Shown here: one piece after another, positions 28,905-38,044 of the stretch
Layout: each line of letters starts with the position of its first letter
How positions within the stretch are numbered: position 1 is the stretch's first letter
Assembly: GCA_047637995.1 (NCBI GenBank)
Contig: JBLJBP010000055.1
Coordinates: 8,235 to 72,234 of the forward strand
Reading direction: 5' to 3'
Source: Kaistella sp.
GTDB lineage: Bacteria; Bacteroidota; Bacteroidia; Flavobacteriales; Weeksellaceae
Length of the DNA stretch: 64,000 bases
Translations under genes and position numbers: made by a program
Notes under the pieces: generated by a model
Database searches by the model: none
Seen by the model: only the letters and a program-made list of their open reading frames with translations
What the model was told of the DNA's origin: nothing

Positions 28905-29450
28905 TTAGAAATTATTTTCTTTAAAAGAAGGTAGCTGCTGATCTTTTTCGGATAATTGCACAACATCTTCGGGTAATTTCCAGTCGATATTCAAATCTTT
29001 ATCGTTATAAATCACGCTTCCTTCGGCATTTTTGTTATAAAAATTATCGCATTTGTAAGAAAAAATTGCCGTTTCACTTAAAACAGAGAAACCATGTCCG
29101 AAACCTCTAGGAACATACAATTGCAGTTTATTTTCTGGTGTTAATTCAACACCAAACCATTGACCGAAAGTTGGTGAATCTTTTCTTAAATCCACGGCAA
29201 CATCCCAGACTTTACCTTCCAAGCATGAAACGAGTTTTGCCTGTACATGTTCACCTTTTTGCAGATGAACACCACGAAGAACGCCATAGGAAGATTTTGA
29301 GATATTGTCTTGCACGAAATGGCCATTCATTCCTGTTAATTCTTCAAATTTCTGCTCGTTAAATTTTTCATAAAAATAGCCACGTTCGTCTTCGAAAATG
29401 GTGGGTTCTATGATGTAGCAATCTTTGAGTGGGGTTTTACGGATTTTCAT
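28905..29450 (-). CDS. rfbC: dTDP-4-dehydrorhamnose 3,5-epimerase
   Basis: Cupin fold with FEDERGYFYE, RGVHLQ, VWDVAVDLR and PRGFGHGF. Length 181 aa. Confidence 0.95.
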   Translation of the reverse strand: MKIRKTPLKDCYIIEPTIFEDERGYFYEKFNEQKFEELTGMNGHFVQDNISKSSYGVLRGVHLQKGEHVQAKLVSCLEGKVWDVAVDLRKDSPTFGQWFGVELTPENKLQLYVPRGFGHGFSVLSETAIFSYKCDNFYNKNAEGSVIYNDKDLNIDWKLPEDVVQLSEKDQQLPSFKENNF

Positions 29451-29460
29451 TAAAAAAGTA

Positions 29461-30456
29461 TTAAGAAACGATGATTTGCTTTTTAATTTTGTACTTCACA
29501 ATTATATAGCAGACCACGGTAGGTAGCAAAACTACTAAAAATATCATTGAATCTGAAAGAGATGTATTGATGATAAAAAGATTAATTAAAAATTGCAAAC
29601 AAGCGTAAAGGGAGCTAACATACAATTGGGGAATTTTCAATTCATTTGCCAACAGTTGATAAAGATGGCGCCGGTGCGCTTTGAATATGTTTTCTTTTAG
29701 TTTCAGCCGCTCAATAATTGTTAGAATTGTTTCAGTGCCGTAGATTGCTAAGAAGAGTATCCATTTAATTTGATTGGTTTTCAGTATTAGCAGCGCAATA
29801 AGTGCGATGATCCAAAATGCCATACCCATACTCCCCACATCTCCCAGAAAACATTTTGCTTTTGTTCTAAAGTTGAAAAACAGAAAAACTATTGTAGCAA
29901 TGATGGGGAAAATAATAAAATCTATTTGAGAAAAATCTATGATATACTGGTTTACAAACCAGAGAGAACCGAGAACAACAAGGCTATACAACCCTGACAT
30001 TCCATTAATACCATCCATAAAATTGTAAGCGTTGAGAATACCGATAATTAGAATATAAAAAACTGGTAAAACCCACCAATCTAGCAGTTGAAAAGCATTA
30101 ACAAAACAAAGCAATAAAGTAACTGCTAGGAAATGAAACACCAATCTCACCTTGCTAGACAAGTCTAAGATGTCATCTAAAAAACTAATAATGCAAATGG
30201 TGAGAAGACCAGCACCAAAAATCAGAAAATTTGGTTGGTTCAGGTAGTTTAAGGACAATTGATATTGTTTAAAACAAAATACATAAAAAATAAAAAACAT
30301 AAAAGCCACAGGAAAAACGATCCCTCCTCCTCTAATTGTGATTTCACTGTGTGCACTTCTATGGTTGGGTTTATCTATAATATTATATTTGGCGGCAATT
30401 TTAAAATATACCAGCATTATCATAAATAAAGTACCAGTCAGAATGATATACTCCAT
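29461..30456 (-). CDS. Initiating polyprenyl-phosphate HexNAc-1-phosphate transferase (MraY/WecA/WbpL family, GT4)
   Basis: About 10 TM helices. Motifs DKPNHRSAH, FLDDILDL, NAYNFMDGINGM. Confidence 0.85.
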   Translation of the reverse strand: MEYIILTGTLFMIMLVYFKIAAKYNIIDKPNHRSAHSEITIRGGGIVFPVAFMFFIFYVFCFKQYQLSLNYLNQPNFLIFGAGLLTICIISFLDDILDLSSKVRLVFHFLAVTLLLCFVNAFQLLDWWVLPVFYILIIGILNAYNFMDGINGMSGLYSLVVLGSLWFVNQYIIDFSQIDFIIFPIIATIVFLFFNFRTKAKCFLGDVGSMGMAFWIIALIALLILKTNQIKWILFLAIYGTETILTIIERLKLKENIFKAHRRHLYQLLANELKIPQLYVSSLYACLQFLINLFIINTSLSDSMIFLVVLLPTVVCYIIVKYKIKKQIIVS

Positions 30457-31349
30457 TATTTTTTAAAACTTTTGAGGGTTTTTATTAGACCTTCTTCTAC
30501 AGAACAAGGAAATTTTTCTATTCCTAATTCTTTTTTAATTTTATTGTTGGAAACTACATAGTTTTCGGTAAGTTTTTTCAGTCTTTCGCTATTCAGTGGA
30601 AGTTTCAACACATCTCCCACTTTGGCAACCGCAGTGATTATAGAAGAAGGAACCCTGATTAGTATTTCTTTTTTATTGATGGATCTTGCAATATACTGAA
30701 TTAATTCATTTGTAGATACCGGATTGTCATCAGCAACATTATAAACACCTGAGTTTATAGCATCCTCATTTATCATCTTGGTTATTAAGTAATTCAGATT
30801 GTCAACACTTAAAAAAGAGCGTTTATTTTTAAATTCTGCAAGGGGCCAAGGCAGTCCTGTCTGCACTATATTAAATAGCAAGTTTAGGTTTCCTTTGTTA
30901 CCAGGGCCGTGAATCATACAAGGTCTTATGATAAATAATCTTTTTCCAGATGGCAATCTTTTTGAAAGCAAATAACGTTCAGCTTCAAGTTTAGATTTGC
31001 CATACGGCGTTAATGGGTGGGGATCCTGATCTTCAGTCAAAATTCCGGAAACCGTGTCTGCAACAGCTTTTACTGATGAGAAATAAAAAAAATCTTTACA
31101 ATTGGAACTGATAAACTGATCAAAAACCTGAGCTGTAAGTTCACTATTAATCCGGTAATATTCTAAATCTTCGGTAGTATTTTCAGTATCATGGGCTTTG
31201 CCAGCAAGGTGTATGAATACGTCTGCATCGATGGGAAAATTCCATTGATTTCTTAGCGAAAGACCATCAACTGTGAAGCCCTCATCTATAAAATGAGCAC
31301 TTAAATTAGTACCAACAAAACCGGAACTCCCGGAAATTACAATTTTCAT
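30456..31349 (-). CDS. NAD-dependent sugar epimerase/dehydratase (WbjF-like)
   Basis: SGSSGFVGTNL Rossmann motif and YGKSKLEAE catalytic YxxxK. Positioned between the WbuB-like GT and the WbpL-like transferase. Confidence 0.8.
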   Translation of the reverse strand: MKIVISGSSGFVGTNLSAHFIDEGFTVDGLSLRNQWNFPIDADVFIHLAGKAHDTENTTEDLEYYRINSELTAQVFDQFISSNCKDFFYFSSVKAVADTVSGILTEDQDPHPLTPYGKSKLEAERYLLSKRLPSGKRLFIIRPCMIHGPGNKGNLNLLFNIVQTGLPWPLAEFKNKRSFLSVDNLNYLITKMINEDAINSGVYNVADDNPVSTNELIQYIARSINKKEILIRVPSSIITAVAKVGDVLKLPLNSERLKKLTENYVVSNNKIKKELGIEKFPCSVEEGLIKTLKSFKK

Positions 31350-32558
31350 TTACCTTTTTTTTAGAATGGTTTCCAAATGATCAATACATGCACAGAGCTT
31401 AAAATTCTGCGCAAAATAACGCTTTCCATTTTGTCCAAGAGTTGTTCTGGTCAACTCATCTTGTTGCGCAAAAGTAAGAATTTTGTCAGCCAAAGCTTTA
31501 AAATCTCCTGCGGGCACAGAAAATCCAGCATTTGCATCTTTAATAGTATCTGCCCCTTCGCCATTAATCATTGCGATGATAGGTTTACCTGCGCTCATAT
31601 AAGCCTGAACTTTTGCGGGAACAGTCAAGTTAAAAATAGGATCATCTTTTAATGTCACTAGCATTGCATCTGCTTTGCTGAAGAATGTTGACATAGCTTC
31701 CACTGGAAACCTACCATAAGTCTTTACGGTGGTATGTAATTGATTTGCAGCAATAAACTCTTGCACAAAACTCATTTTCCTGCCATCTCCTATAATAATC
31801 CATTTTATTTCTGGATAATTTTTTAAATATAAGGCAGCATTCATAATACTTTCCATATCCTGGGCTTCGCCCACATTTCCAGCAAACATCACCTTAAATC
31901 CTGATGGTAAATCTGGAATAGTAAAATCTGTTTCTCCATCTGCGATTGAGTCTTCTGCCCAATTTGGGAAATAGACAATTTTATCATCAAAATCACCTTT
32001 TTCTACGATAGATTTTCTAAAACCTTTTGATGTGATAAGGATTTTTGCCGCATTAGAATAAAAGCCAACTACAACTTTTTTAAAATAATTCAGTACCTTT
32101 TTGTTTTTTACACCGCCTGCAATCTCTAAACTCTCTGGCCAGAGATCCATCACCCAAAAATAAACTGGAGTTTTTTGCAATTTACTTAAGAGCAGCGCTG
32201 GATAATACTGGGTGATTGGTGAAGGTTCATGCACAATGATGGCATCATATTTATGAAAAAAACTTCTGAAAAATGCTTTAATTGATGCAAAAAATGCAAA
32301 GCTGTAATAATTTAGAAAAAGCCGTATACCGCCGCCTTTACCTCGTAAAAACAACAATGCGCGAATCACTTTAACACCATTTATTTCTTGTTCTCTATTT
32401 TTAAAAAAGCCATATCCTTTGTAAAGTTTTCCTTCAGGATAATTGGGAAGACCTGTAAGGACTGTGACATCATGTCCTCTTTTTTGCAACTCAAAGGCAA
32501 GATCATTGCTTTTAAAATTTTCCGGAAAAAAATATTGGGTTACAATTAAAATTTTCAT
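31350..32558 (-). CDS. Glycosyltransferase family 4, WbuB/WbjE-like (L-FucNAc transferase type)
   Basis: MKILIVTQYFFPENFKSNDLAFELQKRGHDVTVLTGLPNYPEG is the characteristic WbuB-type N-terminus. Lies directly downstream of fnlC. Confidence 0.8.
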   Translation of the reverse strand: MKILIVTQYFFPENFKSNDLAFELQKRGHDVTVLTGLPNYPEGKLYKGYGFFKNREQEINGVKVIRALLFLRGKGGGIRLFLNYYSFAFFASIKAFFRSFFHKYDAIIVHEPSPITQYYPALLLSKLQKTPVYFWVMDLWPESLEIAGGVKNKKVLNYFKKVVVGFYSNAAKILITSKGFRKSIVEKGDFDDKIVYFPNWAEDSIADGETDFTIPDLPSGFKVMFAGNVGEAQDMESIMNAALYLKNYPEIKWIIIGDGRKMSFVQEFIAANQLHTTVKTYGRFPVEAMSTFFSKADAMLVTLKDDPIFNLTVPAKVQAYMSAGKPIIAMINGEGADTIKDANAGFSVPAGDFKALADKILTFAQQDELTRTTLGQNGKRYFAQNFKLCACIDHLETILKKR

Positions 32559-33691
32559 GCTTTACTCCAAACTACCCGGTTCACATAATCTGTATAACTC
32601 AGAATAATGCGCACTACTTTTTCTGAAACATTGGGCATTGAATAGTCTGCTGGCCTGCGATAGTTGCGCTGCTCGCCTATGTTTTGCTGCTCCAGTTGGG
32701 CTAATCCTTGAAGAATACGGGCTACATTCATACCTACCATCATCACGCTGGCTTCTTCCATAGCTTCTGGCCTTTCGTGAGCATCTCTGATATTCAATGC
32801 GCGGAAATTGAGAATGGAAGATTCTTCTGAAATGGTTCCAGAATCTGATAAAACTGCGTAAGAATGCATTTGCAAAGCATTATAATCATGGAAACCCAAG
32901 GGCTTGAGGAATTGAATTTCTGGTCTAACCTTTACATTTTTTGCATCAATCATATTTCTTGTTCTGGGATGAGTAGAAACGATGATTGGCATTTTATATT
33001 GATCTGCAATTGCATTTAACGAATCTATTAGTCCGCTAAAATTTTTCTCAGAGTTGATGTTTTCTTCTCGATGCGAACTCACCACAAAGTATTTTCCTTT
33101 TTCTAAATTCAAACGAGAAAGCACATCAGATTTTTCTATTTGGGGCAGATAATGGTTCAGAACTTCAAACATTGGCGAACCTGTTTTGATGATTCTATCT
33201 GCCGGGAGCCCCTCTCTCAAAAGGTATTCTCTGGCAATATCACTATAGGTAAGGTTGATATCTGCGGTGTGATCTACAATTTTTCTATTGGTTTCCTCTG
33301 GCACTCTTTGGTCAAAACATCTGTTGCCAGCTTCCATGTGGAAAATTGGGATTTGTCTTTTCTTTGCAGGTATGGCACAAAGACAAGAATTGGTATCGCC
33401 CAGCACCAAAAAAGCGTCTGGTTTTAATTCTTCTAAAAGCGGATCTATTTTTATAAGAATATTCCCTACGGTTTCCGTGGCGGTTTTTCCGGCGGCTTCT
33501 AAGAAATAATCAGGTTTTCTAAGTCCTAAATCTTCGAAGAAAATTTGGTTGAGTTCATAATCATAGTTTTGTCCGGTATGTACTATCACGTGGTCTATTG
33601 CCTCTGACTGGTCTAAAGCAGTTAGCACTTTAGCCAATCTAATAATTTCCGGACGGGTTCCTACAACCGTCATCACCTTTAGTTTCTTCAT
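32555..33691 (-). CDS. fnlC: UDP-N-acetylglucosamine 2-epimerase, non-hydrolysing (FnlC/CapG type)
   Basis: MTVVGTRPEIIRLA, VHTGQNYD, LGDTNS, HMEAGNR. Confidence 0.9.
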   Translation of the reverse strand: MKKLKVMTVVGTRPEIIRLAKVLTALDQSEAIDHVIVHTGQNYDYELNQIFFEDLGLRKPDYFLEAAGKTATETVGNILIKIDPLLEELKPDAFLVLGDTNSCLCAIPAKKRQIPIFHMEAGNRCFDQRVPEETNRKIVDHTADINLTYSDIAREYLLREGLPADRIIKTGSPMFEVLNHYLPQIEKSDVLSRLNLEKGKYFVVSSHREENINSEKNFSGLIDSLNAIADQYKMPIIVSTHPRTRNMIDAKNVKVRPEIQFLKPLGFHDYNALQMHSYAVLSDSGTISEESSILNFRALNIRDAHERPEAMEEASVMMVGMNVARILQGLAQLEQQNIGEQRNYRRPADYSMPNVSEKVVRIILSYTDYVNRVVWSKA

Positions 33692-33708
33692 TATCTTTAA
33701 AATATTTG

Positions 33709-33716
33709 CAAAAATA
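33709..33716 (-). promoter_or_regulatory. -7 promoter box candidate (TATTTTTG) upstream of fnlC
   Basis: Matches TAnnTTTG 17 nt upstream of the ATG at 33691, within the 101-nt fnlB-fnlC spacer. Confidence 0.3.
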
Positions 33717-33792
33717 AGGCTTTTTATGCAATGAAAATCGGCTGCTTTCTTTAAATTTTAATTAATTATTTGCGGTTATCTCCGTCAAACAC

Positions 33793-34911
33793 TTAAACTT
33801 CTACAAAATAAGTATCCGCATCTTCAGGATTGAAGGGTTCATTGATCCAAAAAATGGTGTAAAGCTCTTCTTCACCGATGTTTTTTATGTTGTGGGTGTA
33901 CCAAATTGGCATGTCAACATAAGCGGGTTCGGCGCCATCTAAATAGAAATCTAAAACCTCATCTGTATCTATTTTTCTTAATTGAATTAATGCTTTTCCC
34001 TTAATTACCGCAAAACGCTCAATCTTTCGGGTATGGAAATGGTTTCCTCTGGTGATGCCCGGAACGGTGGTAGAAAACGAGCATTGCCCGCCAATTGCTA
34101 ATCTGATGACTTCTACAAAAGCACCACGCGGATCTGTATGCTGGGTGAATTTTATAGGATAATGATTTTCTACATCAAAATAGCAACGAAATGTATTGAA
34201 AAGTTGGTAGTCAAAAGCGGTTTTCAGTTCGGGTATTTCGCCATTGTCAAAATAAAGCTCCTTGAAGTTTTCAAGTTTTGAAAGCACTTCTGAAACTTTT
34301 ATAGAGGTGGTAAACGGCACGGTAAACTCTTCTCTGGTTTCCTCACTATTTATTTGGTTAATGAATTCCTGCACCAATTCTCCCACGTAAATCAGTTTCA
34401 CATCACCGTCATGATCGATGGATGGCGTTTCTCCGTGGGTGAGTTTATGACAAAAAGTGGCGATGAAGGAATTGTAGTTGGGTTTCCCGAATGGGCCAAA
34501 AACATTGGGAATAATCATACCGCTGAATTTACCACCATTTTCATTTGCCCATTCTGCCAGCAATCTGCGACCATCTTTTTTAGATTTGCCATAGAGATTG
34601 TCTCTCTCCTCTTGTGAGGAAGATGAAAACAAAACATGTGCAGTGGACTTAGTTCTTTCTAAAGCAGAGACCAATTTTTGCACTAAACCCACATTATTTT
34701 TGTAGATCACCTCCGGATCTGGATCTCGGTTCATGGCTGCTAAATGGATGATGACATCACACTGTGACACAAAATGATCTAAGTCTTTTTCGTTTTCAAA
34801 GTATTCTTTGTGAAAATCTACTCTTTCAAATTGCTCGGGATAGAGACCCAAAGTATTATACAAATGACTACCTACAAAGCCTTTTTGGCCGGTGATTCCT
34901 ATTTTTTTCAT
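33793..34911 (-). CDS. fnlB: UDP-2-acetamido-2,6-dideoxy-beta-L-talose 4-dehydrogenase type reductase (FnlB/CapF: SDR N-domain + cupin C-domain)
   Basis: ITGQKGFVGSHL Rossmann motif, YGKSKK, C-terminal cupin RGNHFH. Length 372 aa. Located between fnlA and fnlC. Confidence 0.85.
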   Translation of the reverse strand: MKKIGITGQKGFVGSHLYNTLGLYPEQFERVDFHKEYFENEKDLDHFVSQCDVIIHLAAMNRDPDPEVIYKNNVGLVQKLVSALERTKSTAHVLFSSSSQEERDNLYGKSKKDGRRLLAEWANENGGKFSGMIIPNVFGPFGKPNYNSFIATFCHKLTHGETPSIDHDGDVKLIYVGELVQEFINQINSEETREEFTVPFTTSIKVSEVLSKLENFKELYFDNGEIPELKTAFDYQLFNTFRCYFDVENHYPIKFTQHTDPRGAFVEVIRLAIGGQCSFSTTVPGITRGNHFHTRKIERFAVIKGKALIQLRKIDTDEVLDFYLDGAEPAYVDMPIWYTHNIKNIGEEELYTIFWINEPFNPEDADTYFVEV

Positions 34912-34978
34912 TTTTTAAAGGCTTTTAGCTATTTTAGTTGTTGGCTCCATAAGCCGTAACCAAAACACCCATTCATAA

Positions 34979-35401
34979 TTAAAATTTATTAAAATAATCT
35001 TTATCAAATCTAAATTCATCTTGAACTTCGTTTAATGCATAATCTGCGAGAACCAGCAATTTAGATTTATCTTCTTTAGCCTGAATAAAACTTACAAATC
35101 CTGGTGGAATATGAAGCACATCAAAACTATTTGCAGAAAGATCAAATTCAAACTGGTGAAGGTTTTTCGATGGCATTTGCCAATCATCTATTTTGATTAG
35201 TTTTATGAGAAAAGACCCTTGAGTAGGAACAAACCATCTTTGTTCAATCTGATGACCTTGCCAAGCTCTAATTACCGCAATATCTGCATTTTCAATAGTA
35301 TAAATCCGTTTTACCTGGGAGGCATCAAAATCATTATTAAAGCAGAGAATACCGCGCTGATCTTGGTGGCTGTTTCCTTTTATGAGCGTAGGGTTTATCA
35401 T
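34979..35401 (-). CDS. WxcM/FdtA-like cupin protein (sugar ketoisomerase-like)
   Basis: 140 aa with HQDQRGILCFNN...VKRIYTIEN...RAWQGH...LHIPPGF, a cupin pattern typical of the WxcM C-terminal/FdtA family. Confidence 0.6.
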   Translation of the reverse strand: MINPTLIKGNSHQDQRGILCFNNDFDASQVKRIYTIENADIAVIRAWQGHQIEQRWFVPTQGSFLIKLIKIDDWQMPSKNLHQFEFDLSANSFDVLHIPPGFVSFIQAKEDKSKLLVLADYALNEVQDEFRFDKDYFNKF

Positions 35402-35410
35402 TGAAAAAAA

Positions 35411-36445
35411 TTAAGATGGATATTGCAGAACGTCTTCACCAAAAATTTCCTTTCGAATTAGGGGTAAGGTGGAGATCAATTTTTTTAGACCTTCTACTCC
35501 TTGCTGATGCGTATTGTGTGAGTGGTAATCTTCCACTGCAGAAATATCTTTTTCACCTTCGGAGAAATATTTGGCATAGTTAAGGTCTCTATTGTCCGCC
35601 GGGATTCTATAGAAATCTCCCATATCCTCAGCTTTTAGCATTTCTTCTCTGGTGCAAAGCGTTTCATAGAGTTTTTCGCCGTGACGAGTACCGATAATTT
35701 TCACTTCGGTTTCTTTGCCCGAAAGTTCCATCAGGGCTTTGGCAAGATCGCCAATACTTCCGGCAGGTGCTTTGTTGACGAACAAATCTCCAGGGTTTGC
35801 ATTTTCAAAAGCGAATAAAACAAGATCTACAGCATCTTCCAAAGACATAAAAAACCTAGACATATTGGGATCTGTGATGGTGATGGGTTCCCCTTTTTGA
35901 ATTTGGTCTAAAAACAAAGGAATCACAGAACCTCTGGAAGCCATGACGTTTCCGTATCTTGTGAGGCAAACTACGGTATCCGTAAGATTTCTAGCTTCAG
36001 CTACGGCTACTTTTTCCATCATTGCTTTAGAAATCCCCATGGCATTGATGGGGTAAGCAGCTTTATCTGTTGACAAGCAGATTACTTTCTGGACTTTATT
36101 AGCTGCAGCAGCACGAATTACATTCTGGGTGCCTTCTACATTGGTTTTCACTGCTTGCATTGGGAAAAACTCACAAGATGGAACTTGTTTCAATGCTGCA
36201 GCATGGAAAATATAATCGACACCTCGCGTTGCTGGTTCTACGGAAGAAAAATCTCTAACATCACCGATATAGTATTTTATTTTATCATTTTTATATAGAT
36301 TTCTCATATCATCTTGTTTCTTTTCATCACGAGAAAAGATTCTGATTTCTTTGAAATGATCTGTTGCTAAAAACCGATTGAGAACTGCCGTTCCGAAAGA
36401 GCCGGTACCACCGGTGATGAGTAGGGTTTTATTTTTTATTTGCAT
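35411..36445 (-). CDS. fnlA: UDP-N-acetylglucosamine 4,6-dehydratase/5-epimerase (FnlA/CapE type)
   Basis: ITGGTGSFGTAV, MGISKAMMEK, RYGNVMASRGSVIPLF. Length 344 aa. Confidence 0.9.
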   Translation of the reverse strand: MQIKNKTLLITGGTGSFGTAVLNRFLATDHFKEIRIFSRDEKKQDDMRNLYKNDKIKYYIGDVRDFSSVEPATRGVDYIFHAAALKQVPSCEFFPMQAVKTNVEGTQNVIRAAAANKVQKVICLSTDKAAYPINAMGISKAMMEKVAVAEARNLTDTVVCLTRYGNVMASRGSVIPLFLDQIQKGEPITITDPNMSRFFMSLEDAVDLVLFAFENANPGDLFVNKAPAGSIGDLAKALMELSGKETEVKIIGTRHGEKLYETLCTREEMLKAEDMGDFYRIPADNRDLNYAKYFSEGEKDISAVEDYHSHNTHQQGVEGLKKLISTLPLIRKEIFGEDVLQYPS

Positions 36446-36449
36446 GATT

Positions 36450-36875
36450 CTAATATAAATTTTCTTTTTCAGATTGGACAGGATAATTGATTAGGACTGC
36501 TTTATGTATTCCTTTGAACACGAATAAACTGCCAGCAGCAACACCAATTATTTTATGTTTTTTTGTTACTTTTTCTATATCAGCAAGGGAACCTGCACCA
36601 CCAAGAACCGTTAATGGAAGAGAGGTTCTGCTCCTAATGCCATCGATAAGTTCCATATCAAAACCTTTCATAACACCATCTTGGTCTATTGAATTAATTA
36701 AAATTTCGCCTGCGCCAAATTCTTGCGCTTTCTGGGCGAAGTCAAAAGGCTTGATCCCTTTACCTTTTTTACCATTGTGTGTAAAAACTTGACCGTTTAT
36801 AGGTGCCGGTATGGGTGCTATGAAGAGTACTCTTTTTTTGAATTTCATAGGGCTAGTGCTTTCTTTTAATGACAT
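36450..36875 (-). pseudogene. HisF/WbuZ-like cyclase, C-terminal half-barrel only (N-terminal half missing; ORF intact)
   Basis: 141 aa. FTHNGKKGKGIKPFDFAQKAQEFGAGEILINSIDQDGVMKGFDMELI...LTVLGGAGS aligns by eye to residues ~140-230 of the full-length paralog at 48993..49838. No sequence for strands 1-4 is present. The start ATG overlaps the upstream GT stop (TAATG). Confidence 0.55.
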
Positions 36876-38044
36876 TAAAATAAAGCTAATATTTTTGCAA
36901 TATATTGATCTGCCTGAAAATTTTGCAAGTAATAAGAAATTCCATTTTCAGATTTTTCATGATAAATCTCGGGATTTCTAATCATCTCATTTATTTCATT
37001 TGCTATTTGAACGGGCGAATTGGGTGCGACAAAAATACCATTTTCTAAATTTACCATATCAGGGATCAACCGGTATTTTGTCACAATTGGTACGCAGCCA
37101 TAAGCTATTGCCTCTAAAACAGAGACAGGCTGCCCCTCATTTATATAATAGCTTGGAAGCAGGAAAAAATTTGAATCTGTAAATGCTTTCACTTTATTTT
37201 GCCCATATAATCCTTCGTAGTAGGTGATATTGGTGCTCAATTTATTGTTTTTGATATAATTAAAAAATTGTGTTTTGGCTTGCTCTGCGGAACTGAACTT
37301 TTTATCTTCAACATCTTCCAAAAATTTTCCTGCGAAGATAGCATTTACTTTTCTGCCATCTCTGTTCACCAAAATATTGATTGCTTCTAACACATCCCAA
37401 TATCCTTTGCCCTCTATTAGGTTGCTCAGATAAAGTAAATTGACTGTCAGATTACTAGGTAGATATTTTGAAGTAATAGTTTCACTATCTACATTTTCTG
37501 GCAATCCATTAGGAATTGAGATTACTTTGTTGTTATAATTTTTAAGGAATTTGAAGTGATTTTTGGTATAGTCTCCTTCTACAATGATTTTATCAGTTTT
37601 TTCTAGAGTTGTTCTGATCTTAAATTGCATGCCTAAAGACTGAGCTTCATAAAACTTATTATAATTAGCACCAAATTGGTGGGCAATAATTTTATGTCCT
37701 AACAATTTGCCAATGCTTATAAATATATAGTCTCTTAAAAACCCGTATTTAGACTGTGATGTTGTGATATAGATAGGAGCTTTCCAATTAACAGTTACTA
37801 CGATAAGATATTTAAATATCAATAGAAAATTATCAATTGCCTTGGTTGTACTAAATGCACCAGAAATACGCTTGCTTGCAAAATCACGATCAATAGATTT
37901 TCCAAAATCTACAATAATCGTTTTGATATTTTTTTTATTTAATTCATTCACAAAAAGCTGAAACATCATAGACTGTCCATTCACGAAAGTATTATTTTGG
38001 GTAGTTGCGCCCACCATAATTATTTTATTTACCATATCGCTCAT
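36875..38044 (-). CDS. Glycosyltransferase, GT-B fold (family 1/4)
   Basis: 389 aa. C-terminal region has NEGQPVSVLEAIAYGCVPIV (E-x7-E type motif). Confidence 0.75.
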   Translation of the reverse strand: MSDMVNKIIMVGATTQNNTFVNGQSMMFQLFVNELNKKNIKTIIVDFGKSIDRDFASKRISGAFSTTKAIDNFLLIFKYLIVVTVNWKAPIYITTSQSKYGFLRDYIFISIGKLLGHKIIAHQFGANYNKFYEAQSLGMQFKIRTTLEKTDKIIVEGDYTKNHFKFLKNYNNKVISIPNGLPENVDSETITSKYLPSNLTVNLLYLSNLIEGKGYWDVLEAINILVNRDGRKVNAIFAGKFLEDVEDKKFSSAEQAKTQFFNYIKNNKLSTNITYYEGLYGQNKVKAFTDSNFFLLPSYYINEGQPVSVLEAIAYGCVPIVTKYRLIPDMVNLENGIFVAPNSPVQIANEINEMIRNPEIYHEKSENGISYYLQNFQADQYIAKILALF

